Positions 27,825 through 41,816 of a stretch of 64,000 bases of DNA are shown in pieces; position 1 is the first letter of the stretch, and each line of letters starts with the position of its first letter. Source of the DNA: Camelus ferus (taxonomy: Eukaryota); the NCBI RefSeq assembly GCF_009834535.1, contig NC_045697.1, forward strand, positions 41,418,001 through 41,482,000. The letters are read 5' to 3'. The translations under genes and the position numbers were made by a program. The notes below the pieces were generated by a model. The model did no database searches. It saw only the letters and a list, made by a program, of their open reading frames with translations, and had not been told where the DNA came from.

Positions 27825-28530
27825 ATCCTGTAATCCAGTCCTATAGTCAGTAAATTTGTCATCTCCACATTCAGAATACATTCTGGATATGAAAAGGAAT
27901 ATATTTATAGATATATTATAAGTGAATCACTATGCTTTACATCAGAAATTAACACAACATTGTAAATCAACTATACTGCAATGAAAAACATTACATTCTG
28001 AATCCAGCCACTTATCTTCTTACCTGCCCCTACCATCCTCATCCAACCCACTGTCATCTCTTGTGTCAACTAATAGCATCCTGATTTGTTCCTTTGCCTC
28101 TGCTTTTCCTACCTAGACTCTGGTCTCCACATGCTTCTTGCTTCCAGAGTGGTTCCTGGTGTGAATCAGGCCCTGCTACACCCCGGCTTCCAGTTCTCCG
28201 TGGCTCCCCATTACACAGTACAGTTTGAAGTCCCTGCCATGTGCTCCTGGTACCTCTCTGGCCTCTTTTACTACCCTTCTCCCTTTCCTTCCTGGCTTTC
28301 TTGCTGTTTTTTGAATATACCAAGCCCTGTTCTGTCTTAGGATTCTTGCACTTGTTATTCTTTCTGCCTTGAATACACAAACTTCTCTGCTTAAATGTGT
28401 GTCTACTCTGTCCCTGCAATTGTAATGTAGCCTTAATGTAGCAGGAGCTTCAGCTATTTTCCAGCTCCTGGTAGGTATATAGCACCTGGTACATAGGAGG
28501 CACTCAGTAAAAATTGTTAAATGAATGAAC
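27825..28530 (+). mobile_element. L2 3' end, interrupted by a ~100-bp L1 3' fragment (~27889-27990)
   Basis: Ends ggtacataggaggcactcagtaaaaattgttaaatgaatgaa; the L1 insert is flanked by tacattctgRat direct repeats. Confidence 0.8.
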
Positions 28531-29650
28531 AGGCCGATGACAAAATCAAAGCTAACATTTTGTATTTTAGAGATGGCCCAGATAAAAGACAGTAATGATG
28601 ATGCATAAGGGGAGCTGTCATGTTTCTCCAATGCTTGTAATATTTAAGTGGACTGTAGGAAGTAGTGACTACTAAATAGTCCATGAAGCCTTGGGATAGA
28701 ATGATGAAAGCAATGATATTTTTTAGATTGTTGGGAAATGAGAGCAAAGAGATGTGAGGATTAAAAATTAATCAAAGAAGATAAACTAGGCCATTTAATC
28801 CTTTTCAGTTATTATGCACTCTAGCCACACGTATTTGCTCTTTTGCCCTTCAGCTATGTAGAAGGTACATTATGTCATCTCTAGTCATGGCTTCTCTTTT
28901 TAAAAATTATTTGTATTCTTGGCACTTCACCCAACTCTTTGTAATGATATTTAATTTTTTTGAAAGTAAGTTTTCTGCATCTTCTACTTATCTTAAATCT
29001 ATAGAAGCGAATATTCATTACTTCATCCTCTATCAGAAAACGAGCACAATTTTGTGGTTTTGAAGTCATGTCTGGATGTTTTTGTTTATTTGTGGTTAAT
29101 ATTTCATCTTGGATTGACATAAAAGTGTAACAGCTTATTTTTATTTTACTGGATCCCACTTAAATCAGATTCTTCATGAAATTAATAAATGTTTCCTTTT
29201 CAACATTAGGATACTCCATGGAAAAAATGTAAAAATAAAAACCAGGAAGGGAATTGAGTTTATGAATGATTTATCTACCTGCCTATCAGATGCTGAGTGG
29301 AAAAGGAGGGCCTGAAGGGTTAATGAGAGAATAGGTGATAGGTTCTACTCTGGCCTGGGGAAGGCTTGCTCAGACAGCAGGGAGCTGCTGACAGCCACTG
29401 TTGCCTGGGTCACATAGCTCAGGGGCACCACTTGCTGGCTGTGTGGCCTGGAGTAAACACTCAATACCTCCTAAGGGAGCAGTTTATTGGAGGGAGCTTG
29501 GACTCTTCCAGTCTTGTGCCCAAAGGGAAGGAAAATAAAAGAACAAGTCCTCTTAGAAAGGAAGCCTAATGTATGCCTGAGACTACTTTATTATTTGTAT
29601 TGACTTTACACTATATGAGTATCTTCTAAACATTTAAAATGTCTTAACTT

Positions 29651-29795
29651 GGGGGATGGGGAGGGTATAGCTCAAGTGGTAGAACGCATGTTTAACATAC
29701 ACGAGGTCCTAGGTTCAATCCCCAGTACCTCCTCTGAAAATAAGTAAGTAAATTTAATTACCTCCCCTCCCCCCCAAAATAAATAAATAAAAATT
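29651..29795 (+). mobile_element. tRNA-Ala-derived SINE inserted into a minus-strand MIR (~29590-30005)
   Basis: A and B boxes (tagctcaagtggtagaa, ggttcaatcc), AT-rich tail, degenerate TSD aaaatKtctKaact. Confidence 0.88.
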
Positions 29796-30219
29796 AAAAA
29801 TTTCTGAACTCGATTTAATTCTTATAACAATTTTATGGTGTATGTAGTATCATTATCCTTATTTTACTGATGAGAAAACTAAAGCACAGCGAGTCTAAGC
29901 AGTTTACTCAAGGTCACACAGTGAGTAAGAACTAGAAGAAGCAGGGATTTGAACCCAGGCAGCCTGTCTCTGGACTCATACACTTAACACTGTTCTTCGC
30001 TGCTTCTCACACGGACCTGAAACTGTGTTTCCCTAACATTAACGAGCGGCAGAATTATCATGACAGGAATTCAGTAAATGACAGGTCACTGTCAGGTGAA
30101 ATTTATGCCTGTCTGTTGGTAATGATAATCCAAGGACTTTGTACTGCTATAGTTGTGACTTTTTTTTGTATTTTGAGTGATCTTATTAATTTATATAGTT
30201 CTTTTTTGCCTTTTAATGC

Positions 30220-30693
30220 ATTTATTTTTGTGGTAAAATACACATAACATAAAAGTTACCATTTTAATCATTTTAAGGTAAAGTTCTTAAGTATATTCAC
30301 ATTGCTGTGCAACTAATTTCCAGAACTTTTTCATCTTGCAAAACGGAAACTCTGTTATCTTTTGAACAACTTCCCACTACCCTCTTCTCTAGGTAGTGGC
30401 ATCCACCATTGTACTTTCTATCTCTGCCAATGTGATTAATCTAGGTACTGCATATAAATGGAATCGTATCGTATTTGCCCTTTTGTGACTGGCTTATTTC
30501 ACTTAACATAATGTCCTCAAGGCTCATCCATGTTGTAGCATGTGTCAGAATTTCCTTCCCTTGCAAGGCTGAAGTGTATTTACACATATATATGTCATAT
30601 TTTGTTTATCCGTTGATTGGTTGATGGACATGTGGGTTCCTTCCATCTTTTATCTGTTGTGAATAATGCTACTATGAATATGGGTATACAAAT
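30220..30693 (-). mobile_element. Older L1 (L1MB-like) 3' end
   Basis: tggtaaaatacacataacataaaa...tggcttatttcacttaacataatgtcctcaagg. Confidence 0.8.
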
Positions 30694-31484
30694 GAGCTTA
30701 TTTATTTTAAACATTATTCATTTTATTAATTGGATTAGTTTGCCCAAAATTGCTTTTTATTTCTGCCTTTTTAACTTTTCTCTTTAAAATTTTTTTCTGT
30801 AGTCCAAATTACATTTGTTACAGAAACTTTTGCATTACTTTTGGTGAATTATTATTATTATTACTATTAATTTACCTGTTTTTAGCCTGTTCCATTAGTT
30901 TAACTTAGTTTCATATACAAAATAAGGACATTCTACCAGATAAGAGATTTTCACAGTGTTTTTGATGAACATAAGAGTTGTGTGAATATCTGAGTCATAG
31001 TTTATTTCTTGACTGTATTTTAAATGTATTTTATTTGTTTAACAATAAGAACACTCAAATGTGATCCAAAACAAACTTAACATAACAAATGTCACCAGTA
31101 TATTAACATATGCTGTCAAGTTAGCACACTCATTCATAATTCAGTTATTCATCATATGTTTATTGAGCTCCAGTTTTATGCCAGCCACTGTGCTGGTGGT
31201 AGGTGAATTAGCAGTCACGGTCCATAGGCTCAAAAGGTTTTCAGTCCAAAGGTGAGACAGATATTAAAAATAAACAGACACAGAAAATACATAATTGCAA
31301 ACTGTGATAAGGTCTGAGGGTAAAGAATAGGGAACAGTTAGTTAGAATAATGAGTGAGACCTTAATTTAGCAAATGGTGGGGCTGGCCAGGGAAGGGCTT
31401 TCTGAGTAGGAGCTGGGTAACACTAGTGTGAAGAATGAGTGGGGGCGTCAATGCCAGGTCAGGTCAATGTAGAGCAGAGTTATG

Positions 31485-32042
31485 CTGAGTGTCCTCTGTT
31501 TGCCCCTCCGGATCCACTCTCTACCTTTCTCCACTCTTCTCTCTGCTCTGTGAGGCTGACCTGAATGGATTATAATAGGCAGTTGAACTTCAGTGGTTCT
31601 CAGCTGGGCAGTGATTTTGATCCCCAGGGGATATTTTTGGTTGTTGCAGAATCTAATGGAATGCAGATAAACACCCTACAATGCACAGGTCAGTCCTGCC
31701 CTCCCTGCATAGAGTTACTGGCCCAAACTGATGTCTGTAGTGCCACAGTAGAGAAACCCAGTGGAGGGAGGAAAGCAGTGTCCAGGATTTTATTTCCTGG
31801 CTCCTTCCCTGTAGAATTATCCTCAGTTGGCTGTATCCCTTGCCTGAAGGTGCCTGTTTCTCACAAAATGGAAGCTCTCCCTGACTGTCTCCTTCTCATT
31901 GAGCCTAGGAGTGCTAAAGCACTATCCTCTGTGGTTCCTTTATACCTACATCTTTGTAAATAATCCCTTTGTAAATATATGCACCTTAAATTATCCTTTT
32001 CAAAAGTGCCATCTATTTCCTGTTGGGACCCTGAGTGATTTA
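31485..32042 (+). mobile_element. LTR33-like ERVL LTR with a nested MER20-like hAT fragment (~31591-31760)
   Basis: gcccctccggatccactctctacc start and gtgccatctatttcctgttgggaccctgagtga end; insert starts cagtggttctcag and ends gagaaaccc. Confidence 0.65.
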
Positions 32043-32530
32043 AGGCTATATTCCCAGTAGAAGAGAGAACCTGTGTGAGGATTCCAGGAGGTACAGCCAT
32101 GGGAGGGAGGTGCTCCTTTCAGAGACACTGCATAAGGCAGAGAGGAGGGACACAAATACCCTGGTCTCTCCTATTATTCCCCTATCCAGTCTCCTGTAGT
32201 GCCTCCCATTGGCTAAACCCAGTCAGAAGACAGCTAACAGCAATGTCTGGGAAATGCCAGTTGCAAGAGCCAATGGAAGACAAGTAATGGATCCAAAGGC
32301 AAATGTACATAGGCTTGCACGGAGAGGGTAGCCCTAGAACAAGAACATCTAGGATGTCACTGCAGTGGCCCACGCAGAGCCTGATGGTGGCTTGCATTAG
32401 GATGCCAAGCTAGGGAGATGGGAGAGACAGAAAGAAGGGAATAAAGCTTCTCCTGCTATCTTTGGATATACAGTTCAGGGAACACAAACTTAAATGCTGC
32501 AGGGCCCAGGTGGGTATTGAATGGAAGATG

Positions 32531-32532
<2 letters not shown>

Positions 32533-32563
<31 letters not shown>

Positions 32564-32604
32564 TGTGTCTGTGTGTGTGTGTATGTGTGTATGTGTGTGT
32601 GTGT
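32533..32604. repeat. Imperfect (GT)n microsatellite
   Basis: Direct read. Confidence 0.95.
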
Positions 32605-34274
32605 AAGGCCATCTGGAAGAGCAAACCATCTAAAGTAGTCACAGGTAGGAATATGGCCCCAGTATTGCCAGACCCTCAGAGATTTTTTAAAAGGAACCAG
32701 AAATCTAGATTTTTAAGTAAAATCTTTCAATTTTTAATCAATGGCAATTAATTAAAAAACATATGCTATGAACTAAGTTGGATTTGACTGCAGCCTCTCG
32801 AGTCCAGAATGATGAGTCCAACTGACATAAACTAATTGTAAATGAGACATAGGATAAAGTTTCTAGCTCTGCTTTGATCTCTATTTTTAAAACTCAGAGT
32901 CTATCAGTCAGTTCTAGTAAAGAAAATGTATTCTCCAACAAAATATATATATATAGAACCAAATTTTGTGCTGGTAATGACAGGTCTGCATCTGCCATCC
33001 GTAAGTCAGGATTGAAATGTCTGGTTCATCAAGAAAGCCACACTGTGCTCATTGATCACTTCTACTGTAAACAAATGGTACAAATTTAAATCTGCATCAT
33101 GTATTTATAATGACTTAAACATTACTTTACAGATTTTATACACTGGGCTCTGTGTGAGATTTTGCTGAGGAAAAGAAAAAAGGATTTCATTTAGAAAAAT
33201 TGAAAATAAGTAGACTAGATAAATGCACTGAGTTTGTGCTTGGAAAACTGATAACCAGAAGGCCTGATGCTCAGGTCTAGAATGGTTAGAAAAACCAGTT
33301 TGTCAGTGGCAGTCCTTACCTACGATTGGTCTGTTCTCTCTGTCAAAGCTGGGGGCTAACACATAGACTCCAAGCAAAGTCAACAGATAATTGTGACATG
33401 GTGTCTCCAAGCTGTGTTGATGCCGGGGAAAGCAGACCCACGTAGAGGAGTGGCAGTCATAAAACCGGAGAGTCTAAGCCAGCAGAGTACTAGCCATGTA
33501 TCAAACCACATTCTAGTAGAAAATGAAAAGAAACCAGACAACAACCACCACCCCAAAGCGCCCATGCCCAACAAATCAAGTAGTTTTCATGTTGTTGTGT
33601 TCCTTTCTAGGTGGAATTCACATGCAAAATAATTTTTACAATATGGTAATGCTGGTAGTAGAGTTGTGATACATGTCCTTAGAGATTTGGGTTCCATCCC
33701 TTTCAGACTTCAAGGTAGTAATGGGGTCATTAGGCTGGATCTTGGGAAAATTCTTTCGGCAGGAAACTTCTTTCGGCTCTAGGATAAACTTCCAGTTCCT
33801 TAAAATGGGAAATAAGCTGTCTGTCCCCTGCTTTTCCATCAAACCTCAACTCTCACCACACAAGCATTGTGCTCTTGTGCCCCTGAGCACTTGTGTTCCA
33901 CCTGTGCTTAACTACTTTTCATTGTCTGAACCCACCAGACTATCCTGTGCTACTCTGGGCAACTTTATGTTGCCTTTTTTAAAAATGGAAGTTCTTTTAA
34001 GCCTACATTCACCTGTTACTTATTCCATGAAGCCTTTCCTACCAGTCAGGTAGAACTGACTTTTCTCTTTTGTAATTCATGGAACATGATGAAATGCTCT
34101 GCCCTAGGCTTCTTAAGGGCTGGGTCCATGACAGATTTATACTTGTCTCTCCTGTGCCTATTCCAGTCCCAGGTACAAAAGAAGTGCCAAATAGATGTTT
34201 AGTGGCTGAATGATATCTTCTTTTTATAGAATTTTTAAGGATGTCAGACCAAATTTGGAAGATTGTTGCACTCA

Positions 34275-34890
34275 GTCATTTACCAAATATTTATCTAGTG
34301 TACCTACCATGTGTCAGGCGTTGTTCTGGGTGCTGAGGATACACCAGTAAACAAAACATTGCCCCAATCCTCATATATTTTAGAAGAGAAGACAGAAAAT
34401 GAACACAAACATCTAATATGTCAGAAAGGGATAACTGCTGTGAAGAAAAACACAGCCACCGAATGAGGTTTAGAGGTGATGTGGGGCACTGTTTTAGACA
34501 GGCTTGTCAGAAAGTCCTCTCTAGAAGACCTCTCCATGAGTTCTAAATGAATTGAGATGCAAATAATGCACACGTTAAGGAATAAAGTTTAGAGAGGAGG
34601 AGAAGCAAGTGCAAAAGCCTCGAGGGGGAAGCAGTCTTGACTTTTTGGAGAAACAGCAAAGAGACCACTGCTGGCTGGCAGAGAAAGCAGTGGAGGAGAG
34701 AAAGTGGAGGATAAGGTCAATGGGGGAGCCAGGAGCGGAGCCTGGTAGGGCGTGAGAAGGAATTTGCATTTCATTCTCCATGTGGTGGAAGCTGTTGTGT
34801 GTTTTGCAGAATGAGAGGCATGGTATAATTGATCACTGTGTTGCTCTGGGGAGAGCAGACTGTATGGGAGCAGGAAGACAAGCTGGAGGA
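34275..34890 (-). mobile_element. L2 fragment
   Basis: cagtcatttaccaaatatttat...tgtgtcaggcgttgttctgggtgctgaggatac. Confidence 0.7.
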
Positions 34891-34891
34891 T

Positions 34892-35349
34892 TGTTTAGTT
34901 TTGGGAGGTGTGTTAGCAAAATGACACGAACTGGTGGCGTACACAATAGAAGTGTATTGTCTCACAGTTCTGGAGGCTAGAAGTCCAAACTCGAGGTGCT
35001 GGGTGCTGGCAGGATGGATTCCTTCTGAGGGCTGTGAGGAAAGAATCTGTTTCAGGCCTCTCTCCTTGGCTTGTAGGAAGCCATCTTTTCCCTGGGCCAT
35101 TTCATCTTCTTCCTTCAATGCATGTCTGTGCACAAATTTCCCCTTTCTAAAGGACATCTTGTCCTTAATTGACTGAGGACCCACCCTGTATTGGATTCAG
35201 GGCTCACTTTACTCCTGTATGACCTCATCTTAACTAATTACATCTGCAGATCATGTGGACTGTATTTCCAAATAAGGTCACATTCTAAGGTACTGGGGGG
35301 TTAGGACTTCAACACATCTTTTTGAGGGGACACAATTCAATTCATGACA
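34892..35349 (-). mobile_element. MLT1 (MaLR) solo LTR
   Basis: tctcacagttctggaggctagaagtcc, gacctcatcttaactaattacatctgca, ggggacacaattcaa...aca end. Confidence 0.88.
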
Positions 35350-35639
35350 GAAACTTTAAAACATTAGCATATGGTTTATTTTATACTTTATTATTTTATT
35401 GATTTGCTATTTTATTATTATTCATTCATTTGACAAAGACTCATTGAATGTTTACCAGGAATTCTTCTAGATATGGTGGATGTAACCATAAATAGACAGA
35501 AAACCTTTCTGCCCCTCATGAAACTCACACTCTGAGATACACATTCCCTTCTCCTCTCAGTAAGATTTTAAGATCATCTAACCCTTCACACTCTGGCCCT
35601 CTCTCACCAAGTCTTGCAGTTCAGTTGCTGACTCCTGAC

Positions 35640-36260
35640 ATCAAAGACACCTTGGGAGGCTCTGTTGATGGCTGTAGCTGATCGTTGTTCTTATTGTTAG
35701 GGTAACTTCTCCATAGGACTTGGCAGAATCACCTTTCATTCTTCTAGAAATCTGAGTCTTCTGGGCCATCGAGTAATAGGGCTCTACTGGAAGCTGTTGC
35801 AGCTGTGACCATCTGTCTTCAGAGATCCCTGCAAGGGTGGCCTTAAATCAAGGAGAGTCTGGATGGCCCTCACCATCAGACTGCTAGTACTAACCTGATG
35901 AGAAGACGTCCTTAAGAAGTGGAGAGGCTTCATCTGAGACCTCCTCCATCTCTGTAAGACAGCTACTTCACAGGGAATGAATGGCTGCTGTAGAATGCTG
36001 CTGAGTCCAAGGGCTTTAAGTTATTCATGCCATTTTGGACACTCAGCCTTGGAAATGGGTGTCTCTTTTAAAGCCATCATGTGTCTCAGTGCCTTTGATG
36101 GTCTCCTCTGGAGCAGACCTCCTCCACCCTCAAAGGGTCAGAAGGAATCTGATTGAAAATTTTCCCCACAGGAAGTTTGTCTCCTGTGGTTGCAAGGTTT
36201 AGAATGGAGTCATCTTCACTCTGGTGGTTCAGTTTAGGAATGGATTTTGTTGAATTTAAA
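35640..36260 (+). mobile_element. Possible ancient RTE-clade LINE (L4-like) ORF fossil
   Basis: 35881-35949 translates LLVLT**EDVLKKWRGFI*DLLH, resembling the pre-RT 'LTxxEDILxRWxEHFxxLLN' motif. Confidence 0.35.
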
Positions 36261-37561
36261 ATATTTTCTCTATTTTCAAAAGACATGGCAGAATGTGTTC
36301 TGCAGTATTTTTGGTTGAGAGATTCTGAATTAGCCTTGGGAAAGTGAATGGTTGGCTCTTAGAATACCAAATGCTAGGAACTTTAGACAACTGTATTTAA
36401 AAAGATATAATTTAAGACCTTAAATAAATATGATTTCCTTTTTTTTTTAACCAAGCACTATGTTAGCTGTTAGGGATGATGGGATGTTTGAGACATGGTC
36501 TCAACAAGCACTCAGTCTAGCCGACAATGTAAGTAATCGTAATAGTCAACTTACACATGCACTTTAGATAAAAAATTTTGAACTGTCTGTAATTCACAAT
36601 TTCTTTCTCATGAGGTCTGAATACAGTGAATTGGAGTCCTCCTATTTCAGGAAAATTTGTATTGGGATTTACAGTGTTTACTTAACTTTAAGCCTTGGTT
36701 TCATGATGCCTGTATTTCCATCTGGAAAAATCAGGATACTAGTGTGTTATTCACTTTGCTAAAATAATAACTTATTTAGGTTGCTATGTGTGAATATTGT
36801 GAGTTTTTTTTAAGTATTATGGAATATATTTTGACTAGATTTTGAGTTGGGAGTAAAAAAATACATTAGTACTATTTGACTAGACCCAAAGATAAGTCTC
36901 GAGGCTATCTGAGAAGAAAAAGAAGGGAATGATTTCCTTTATTTTGTAATTTTTTTTTATTTTGAATGATTACTGGAGTTTGAGGTGGCAGATCTCAATT
37001 ATTCTTACCAACTGAGTGTGAATTATATTTCATTAGTAGAATGGGATGATGCCTAGAATAGAAGAATAAAGGTGAAAGGCCGCAGCACGGTGCTTGGCAC
37101 ATTGTAGATGCTGTTTTGAGTTAAACTGTTGTGGAACTGAGGGCATTAATTTGTACTTATATCCACTGTATTAGAATGACAGTAAGTTCACAGAGTCCAT
37201 CACAGAAAATTGTGTGAGATTCACACAGAAGATAAGGGGATACTTAACATTATGGATTGAGAGAGTGTTTTCTACCGGACCGTTACATTTCCTGCAAATT
37301 GAACCTGGTTTCCGCTGAATTTTTATGTTTTGTAAGTTGAACTTCACTTCTAATGTGTCTATCCCAAGTTCATCACTAGAAGTTGTTGCAGTCTTTTGGT
37401 GTGACTTGTGATAGTGAGTAATCTGGCCCATTTCTGTGTTTGAAGTATTCCTCATTGTGTTATGTATTTATCTTCAGTCAGTGGTCTCTTCATTACCCTA
37501 GGCTAGTTCCCGCTCTACAGTCCTAGGAATTTCCCACAGAATACATTGGTGACTGTGCTCT

Positions 37562-37563
<2 letters not shown>

Positions 37564-37593
<30 letters not shown>
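37564..37593. repeat. (GT)15 microsatellite
   Basis: Direct read. Confidence 0.95.
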
Positions 37594-37596
<3 letters not shown>

Positions 37597-38405
37597 GGAA
37601 AACACGTCTGTTTTCCTCTACTCGCACTCACAACACTTTGTTGTGAGTTACTGGTGTAGCTCTGTGTGGCATTGGTATCACTTCTGATAATGTGTGGGTT
37701 TTTCCGTCACACAAGCAATTCTCTGACACCATCCTGCAGTTCAGTTTGATTCTGACACGAACCGGAATTAGTGCAGAGCCCACTGATGAGGGCTCAGTCC
37801 CACAAGACTGGCCCGCACTTCAGATACCAGTTGCTAGTAGTAGGTTCCCCAGGTTCCCCACGACTTCTGTCCTACTTGGCTACAAGTCAGAGGTTCCTAT
37901 GACCCTCTCCTTGGATTCAGTCATTTGCTAGAATAGCTCACAGAAGTCGGAGAAACACTTGTTTACCAGTAAATGGAAGCTCTCTGAATGCCATACTTTG
38001 GGTGTTTTTATGGAGGCCTCTTCACAGAGGCATGATTGCTCATTAACTTAATCTCCAGCCCCTCTTCCTTTCCCAGAGTATGGAGGATGGGGCTGAAAGT
38101 TCCAAGCTTCTAATTATGGCTTGATCTTTCTGGTGACCAGCCCCTCTCTCAAAACTATCCAGGAGCCCACTGAGAGTTTCCTCATTAGAACAAAAGATTG
38201 GTTGTTCTGACACTCAGGGATTCCAGGGTATTTAGGAGCTCGGTGTCAGGAACCAAGACCAAAGACCACGTATTAGAACCAAAGATGCTCCTACTACTCT
38301 TACCACATAGGAAATGACAAGACTTTTAGGAGCTCTGTGCCAGGTACAGGGTGGGGAACAGGGAGAGAGGCAGACAACAAAATGTATATTTTCTGTTATT
38401 TTACA
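37591..38405 (-). mobile_element. MER21-like solo LTR, full length
   Basis: TGTAAA...TTTACA termini, GTGTG on both flanks, homology to 20975-21695. Confidence 0.85.
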
Positions 38406-39089
38406 GTGTGCATTTCTAAGTCTTCCTGAGTCACCCCAACTAAGAATAATCTATTTTGCCCCAAACTTTGATTGCTTTATTCCCACTGCTCTAATGATTT
38501 AGCAATTAAAAAAGCACCTCTCTTTATGATTATTCAAATCCAGGTCTAGTAAAACATTGAGCTCCTTGAAAAAGCGGAAGCAATATCTGAAGACTTTTGT
38601 CTGTACCATGTATAATAGATACTCAATGAGTGTTTACTGACTGGATGAATTCTTGTTTGTATTTGTGTGTGTGTATACATGCATTCATAACACCATTGCA
38701 TTTCATTTCTATAAATGATGTCTTCAATTAAAGTATACAGCTGTGTATATAGCTGAAAGACTGCTACTAGTTTTTTTTCCACACTGCATATGGGAAGGGG
38801 GTTTTCAGTTTAGGAACTGTAGTTATTTGAAGGAATTGAAATTTTATTTCTTGAATTCACACTTGGCCTAAAACCTGTGCTGGAAAAGAGCAGTCACATT
38901 CCTTGCAGGGGAACACCAGGGATTCCATTAGCCTCTGCTGTTTCTCAGCAGTTCACAGCCATATCATGTTTTTAAAAAGCTATGTTACTTTACATCCTTG
39001 AAAGGCTTCTTCTTTTTAAAAAATTAATTTTTAATTAAAAAAAATTCTATAGTGCTTTGAAATTTTCAAAAGTTTTACACACTATTTCA

Positions 39090-39792
39090 TATAATCCCAT
39101 AATAACCCCTTTTTTTATCCTCTACCCCTATATTGCCCCTCCCACTTCCCTCTCCCCACTGGTAACCACTAGTTTGTTTTCTTTATCTATGAGTCTGCTT
39201 CCTTTTTGTTGGATTCTTAAGATTCTACATATAAGTGATATCATTACAGTTTTTGTCTTTCTCTGACTTATTTCACTTAGCATAACGCCCTCCAAGTCCA
39301 TCCATGTTGCTGCAAATGCCAAAATTTTCATTCTTTCTTATGGCTGAGTAGCATTCCATTATATATATGCCACATCTTCTTTATCCATCTGTTGATGGAC
39401 ACTTCTATACCTTGGCAATTGTAAATAGCATTGCTATGAGCATTGGGGTGTATGTATCTTTTTGAATTAGTGGGGTTTTTTTTTGGATATATGCCTAGGA
39501 ATGGAATTGCTGGGTCGTAATGTAGTTATATTTTTAGTTTTATGAGAAGTCTCCATACTGTTTTCTACAGTGGCTGTACTGGTTTACGTTTCCACCAACA
39601 GTATAGGAGGGTTCCCTTTTCTCCACATCCTTGCCAAAATTTGTTCTTTGTGTTCTTTTTGATGATAGCCAATCTGACAGGTGTGAGGTGAGATCTTATA
39701 GTGGTTTTGACTTGCTTTTCCCTGATGATTAGCAATGTTGAACATCTTTTTATTGGACATCTTCATTTCCTCTTTGCAAAATTGTCTTTTCA
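39090..39792 (-). mobile_element. L1 ORF2 end + 3'UTR
   Basis: ORF 39128-39331(-) gives ILAFAATWMDLEGVMLSEISQ (ORF2 C-terminus). Confidence 0.88.
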
Positions 39793-40029
39793 GTTTGAAG
39801 GGCTTCTTCTGCTTTCCTATCTGGGGGCTTCTCTGCTTCTGCTCACAGGACGTATTGCCCTGACCGCCAGTTCTCCATAGGCACCACACAAGGCAGAAAG
39901 AACAACAGGGTGTCATCAGTGCTCCCACTCTGAGTGTGTGCAGAGACATTCCTATTGGAGGGGTGCTGCTTTTATAATTTAAGCTCATTAGCATTTCCCC
40001 CCCTTTGCCTCTCAGTGTAGGAACTTCAG

Positions 40030-40225
40030 TCAGATACGTGTGAATTTGAATCCTGATGCACCTAACTTTTAGCTGTATGATCCTGGACAAATGACTTTAA
40101 GTCCTAGTTTTTCTGTCTATAAAGTAGGGATAATAATCCTACCTACCTAATGGGTTAATAATGAGGACTATAGTCATGTAGCATGGGACCAAGCACATAG
40201 TGGGTGATCAATAAATGTTAGTGAG
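40030..40225 (+). mobile_element. MIR SINE
   Basis: tttgaatcctg...agctgtatgatcctggacaa...gggataataatcctacctaccta. Confidence 0.75.
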
Positions 40226-40247
40226 TTAACGATCAAGAAATGCTGTG

Positions 40248-40339
40248 GTGGGGGTGGGTGTAGCTCATTGGTAGAGCACATGCTTAGCATGCGCTAGGTC
40301 CTGGGTTCATTCCTCAGTACCTCCATGGGAAAAAAAAAA
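40248..40339 (+). mobile_element. tRNA-Ala-derived SINE
   Basis: tgtagctcattggtagagcacatgcttagcatgcgctaggtcctgggttcattcc plus A tail; degenerate TSD atgYtgtg. Confidence 0.88.
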
Positions 40340-41715
40340 GATGTTGTGAGATTGGAGCTCATATCTGTAAATCTAGCCTAGTGCCTGGGACAGAGTATGT
40401 TCTCAAAAGATAGTAGTTAAAATAATATTAAATATGTTTGTGATGATATTGGTGATAACAATGATAAAAATGATAGCAACTATGACTTTATTATTGTCAA
40501 GTAATATTTATTAAACAACCCAAAAGCCAGAACTGATTTCAGCAGTGGATCCTGTTTTGTCTGCCTTACATTTTCATTTATGATATAGATATTTAGTTTG
40601 CATCTTTGGCCCCATAAGACAATCTGGTTGAAGGTTTTCTATTTTTCCCACTACTTTCCTACTCCCTTCAACCAGGGAAGTATTATGTCTTTACTCTCAT
40701 CCAAACATGATGTGATTTTCTTCACTTTTAGGGCCATTCTCCTTAAATTCCTGACTGTCCAAATTCTATTCATTGCTCAAGAATCATCTTAAGACTGTCT
40801 TCCATTTTGTTACAGAACTATAGTTATCATGTAATGTAGACCCTGCATTTTATAAGTGGAGAAACTGAAACATCAACTGCCTGCCCAATGTCTCCTGGGT
40901 TGTTAGTCATAGTGGAATTAGAACTGAGGTCTCCATTTTTATTGGACCATGCTGCTTCTCAGCATATACAGGATTTGACATCCATGTTTTCAGCATGGAT
41001 GCCCATGTTAAGGTCTTCCCTCTCCAAACTAGAGACTTCATCATTTAATCCTATGTTTAAGGACTTATTACAGATTTTTTTTTCTCTAGTGGGCCAATCT
41101 TGACTCTGCAATAAAACCATGGGCTTTTTCTTTAATGAGTACCATGTCACACTTCTTTTCCAAATCTTCAGCACAGTGTTTTGTACTTATATGCTGCTCC
41201 ATGGTTTGCTAATTAAATTGATTTTAATTAAATTATAGGAATGTCATCTAGTTCCAGCAGCTGTACTATTTTTGGCTTAGTTTTCTTGATTGGGTTCTCT
41301 GTTTCTTGAGAAAGAGTATATCTCTGCATCTCTGCTGACCAAGTAGCTGAATTTTCTCTGGGAAATTTCCAGTTAGAATTGCTGATGTCCTGAATAGTGT
41401 CTCAGTGTAGACTTGCAGGTAGCTTCAAATTTCTTCACGTTTATTATTAGTTCCATAGTGCTGCTTCAACACTGCCAAGCAGCATGTGATCAACTGCACC
41501 TTCTCTTATGTGTACACTTTAAGAACATTATTAAGCAATACAAGGTGAATGCTTCTGGGACACTGGACCATGTTCATAGCTTACAAAGTTATACCGGGAA
41601 ATTTAAATTTAAGTGTGGTTTACATCTTTCTTACTGCCAATAGATTCAGTTGAATATTCAATATTTATTGACTATCATGTATTAAGTGTTGCACCAGGCA
41701 CTGTCATATACATTA

Positions 41716-41816
41716 AAAAATTTTTTTATTGAAGTACTGTCAGTTGCAGTGTGTCAATTTCTGGTGTACAGCACAATGTCTCAGTCATGCATATACATAC
41801 ATATATTTGTTTTCAT
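41716..41816 (-). mobile_element. 101-bp L1 3'-terminal insertion within a MIR
   Basis: Perfect 14-bp TSD tgtcatatacatta (41702-41715, 41817-41830). Confidence 0.9.
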
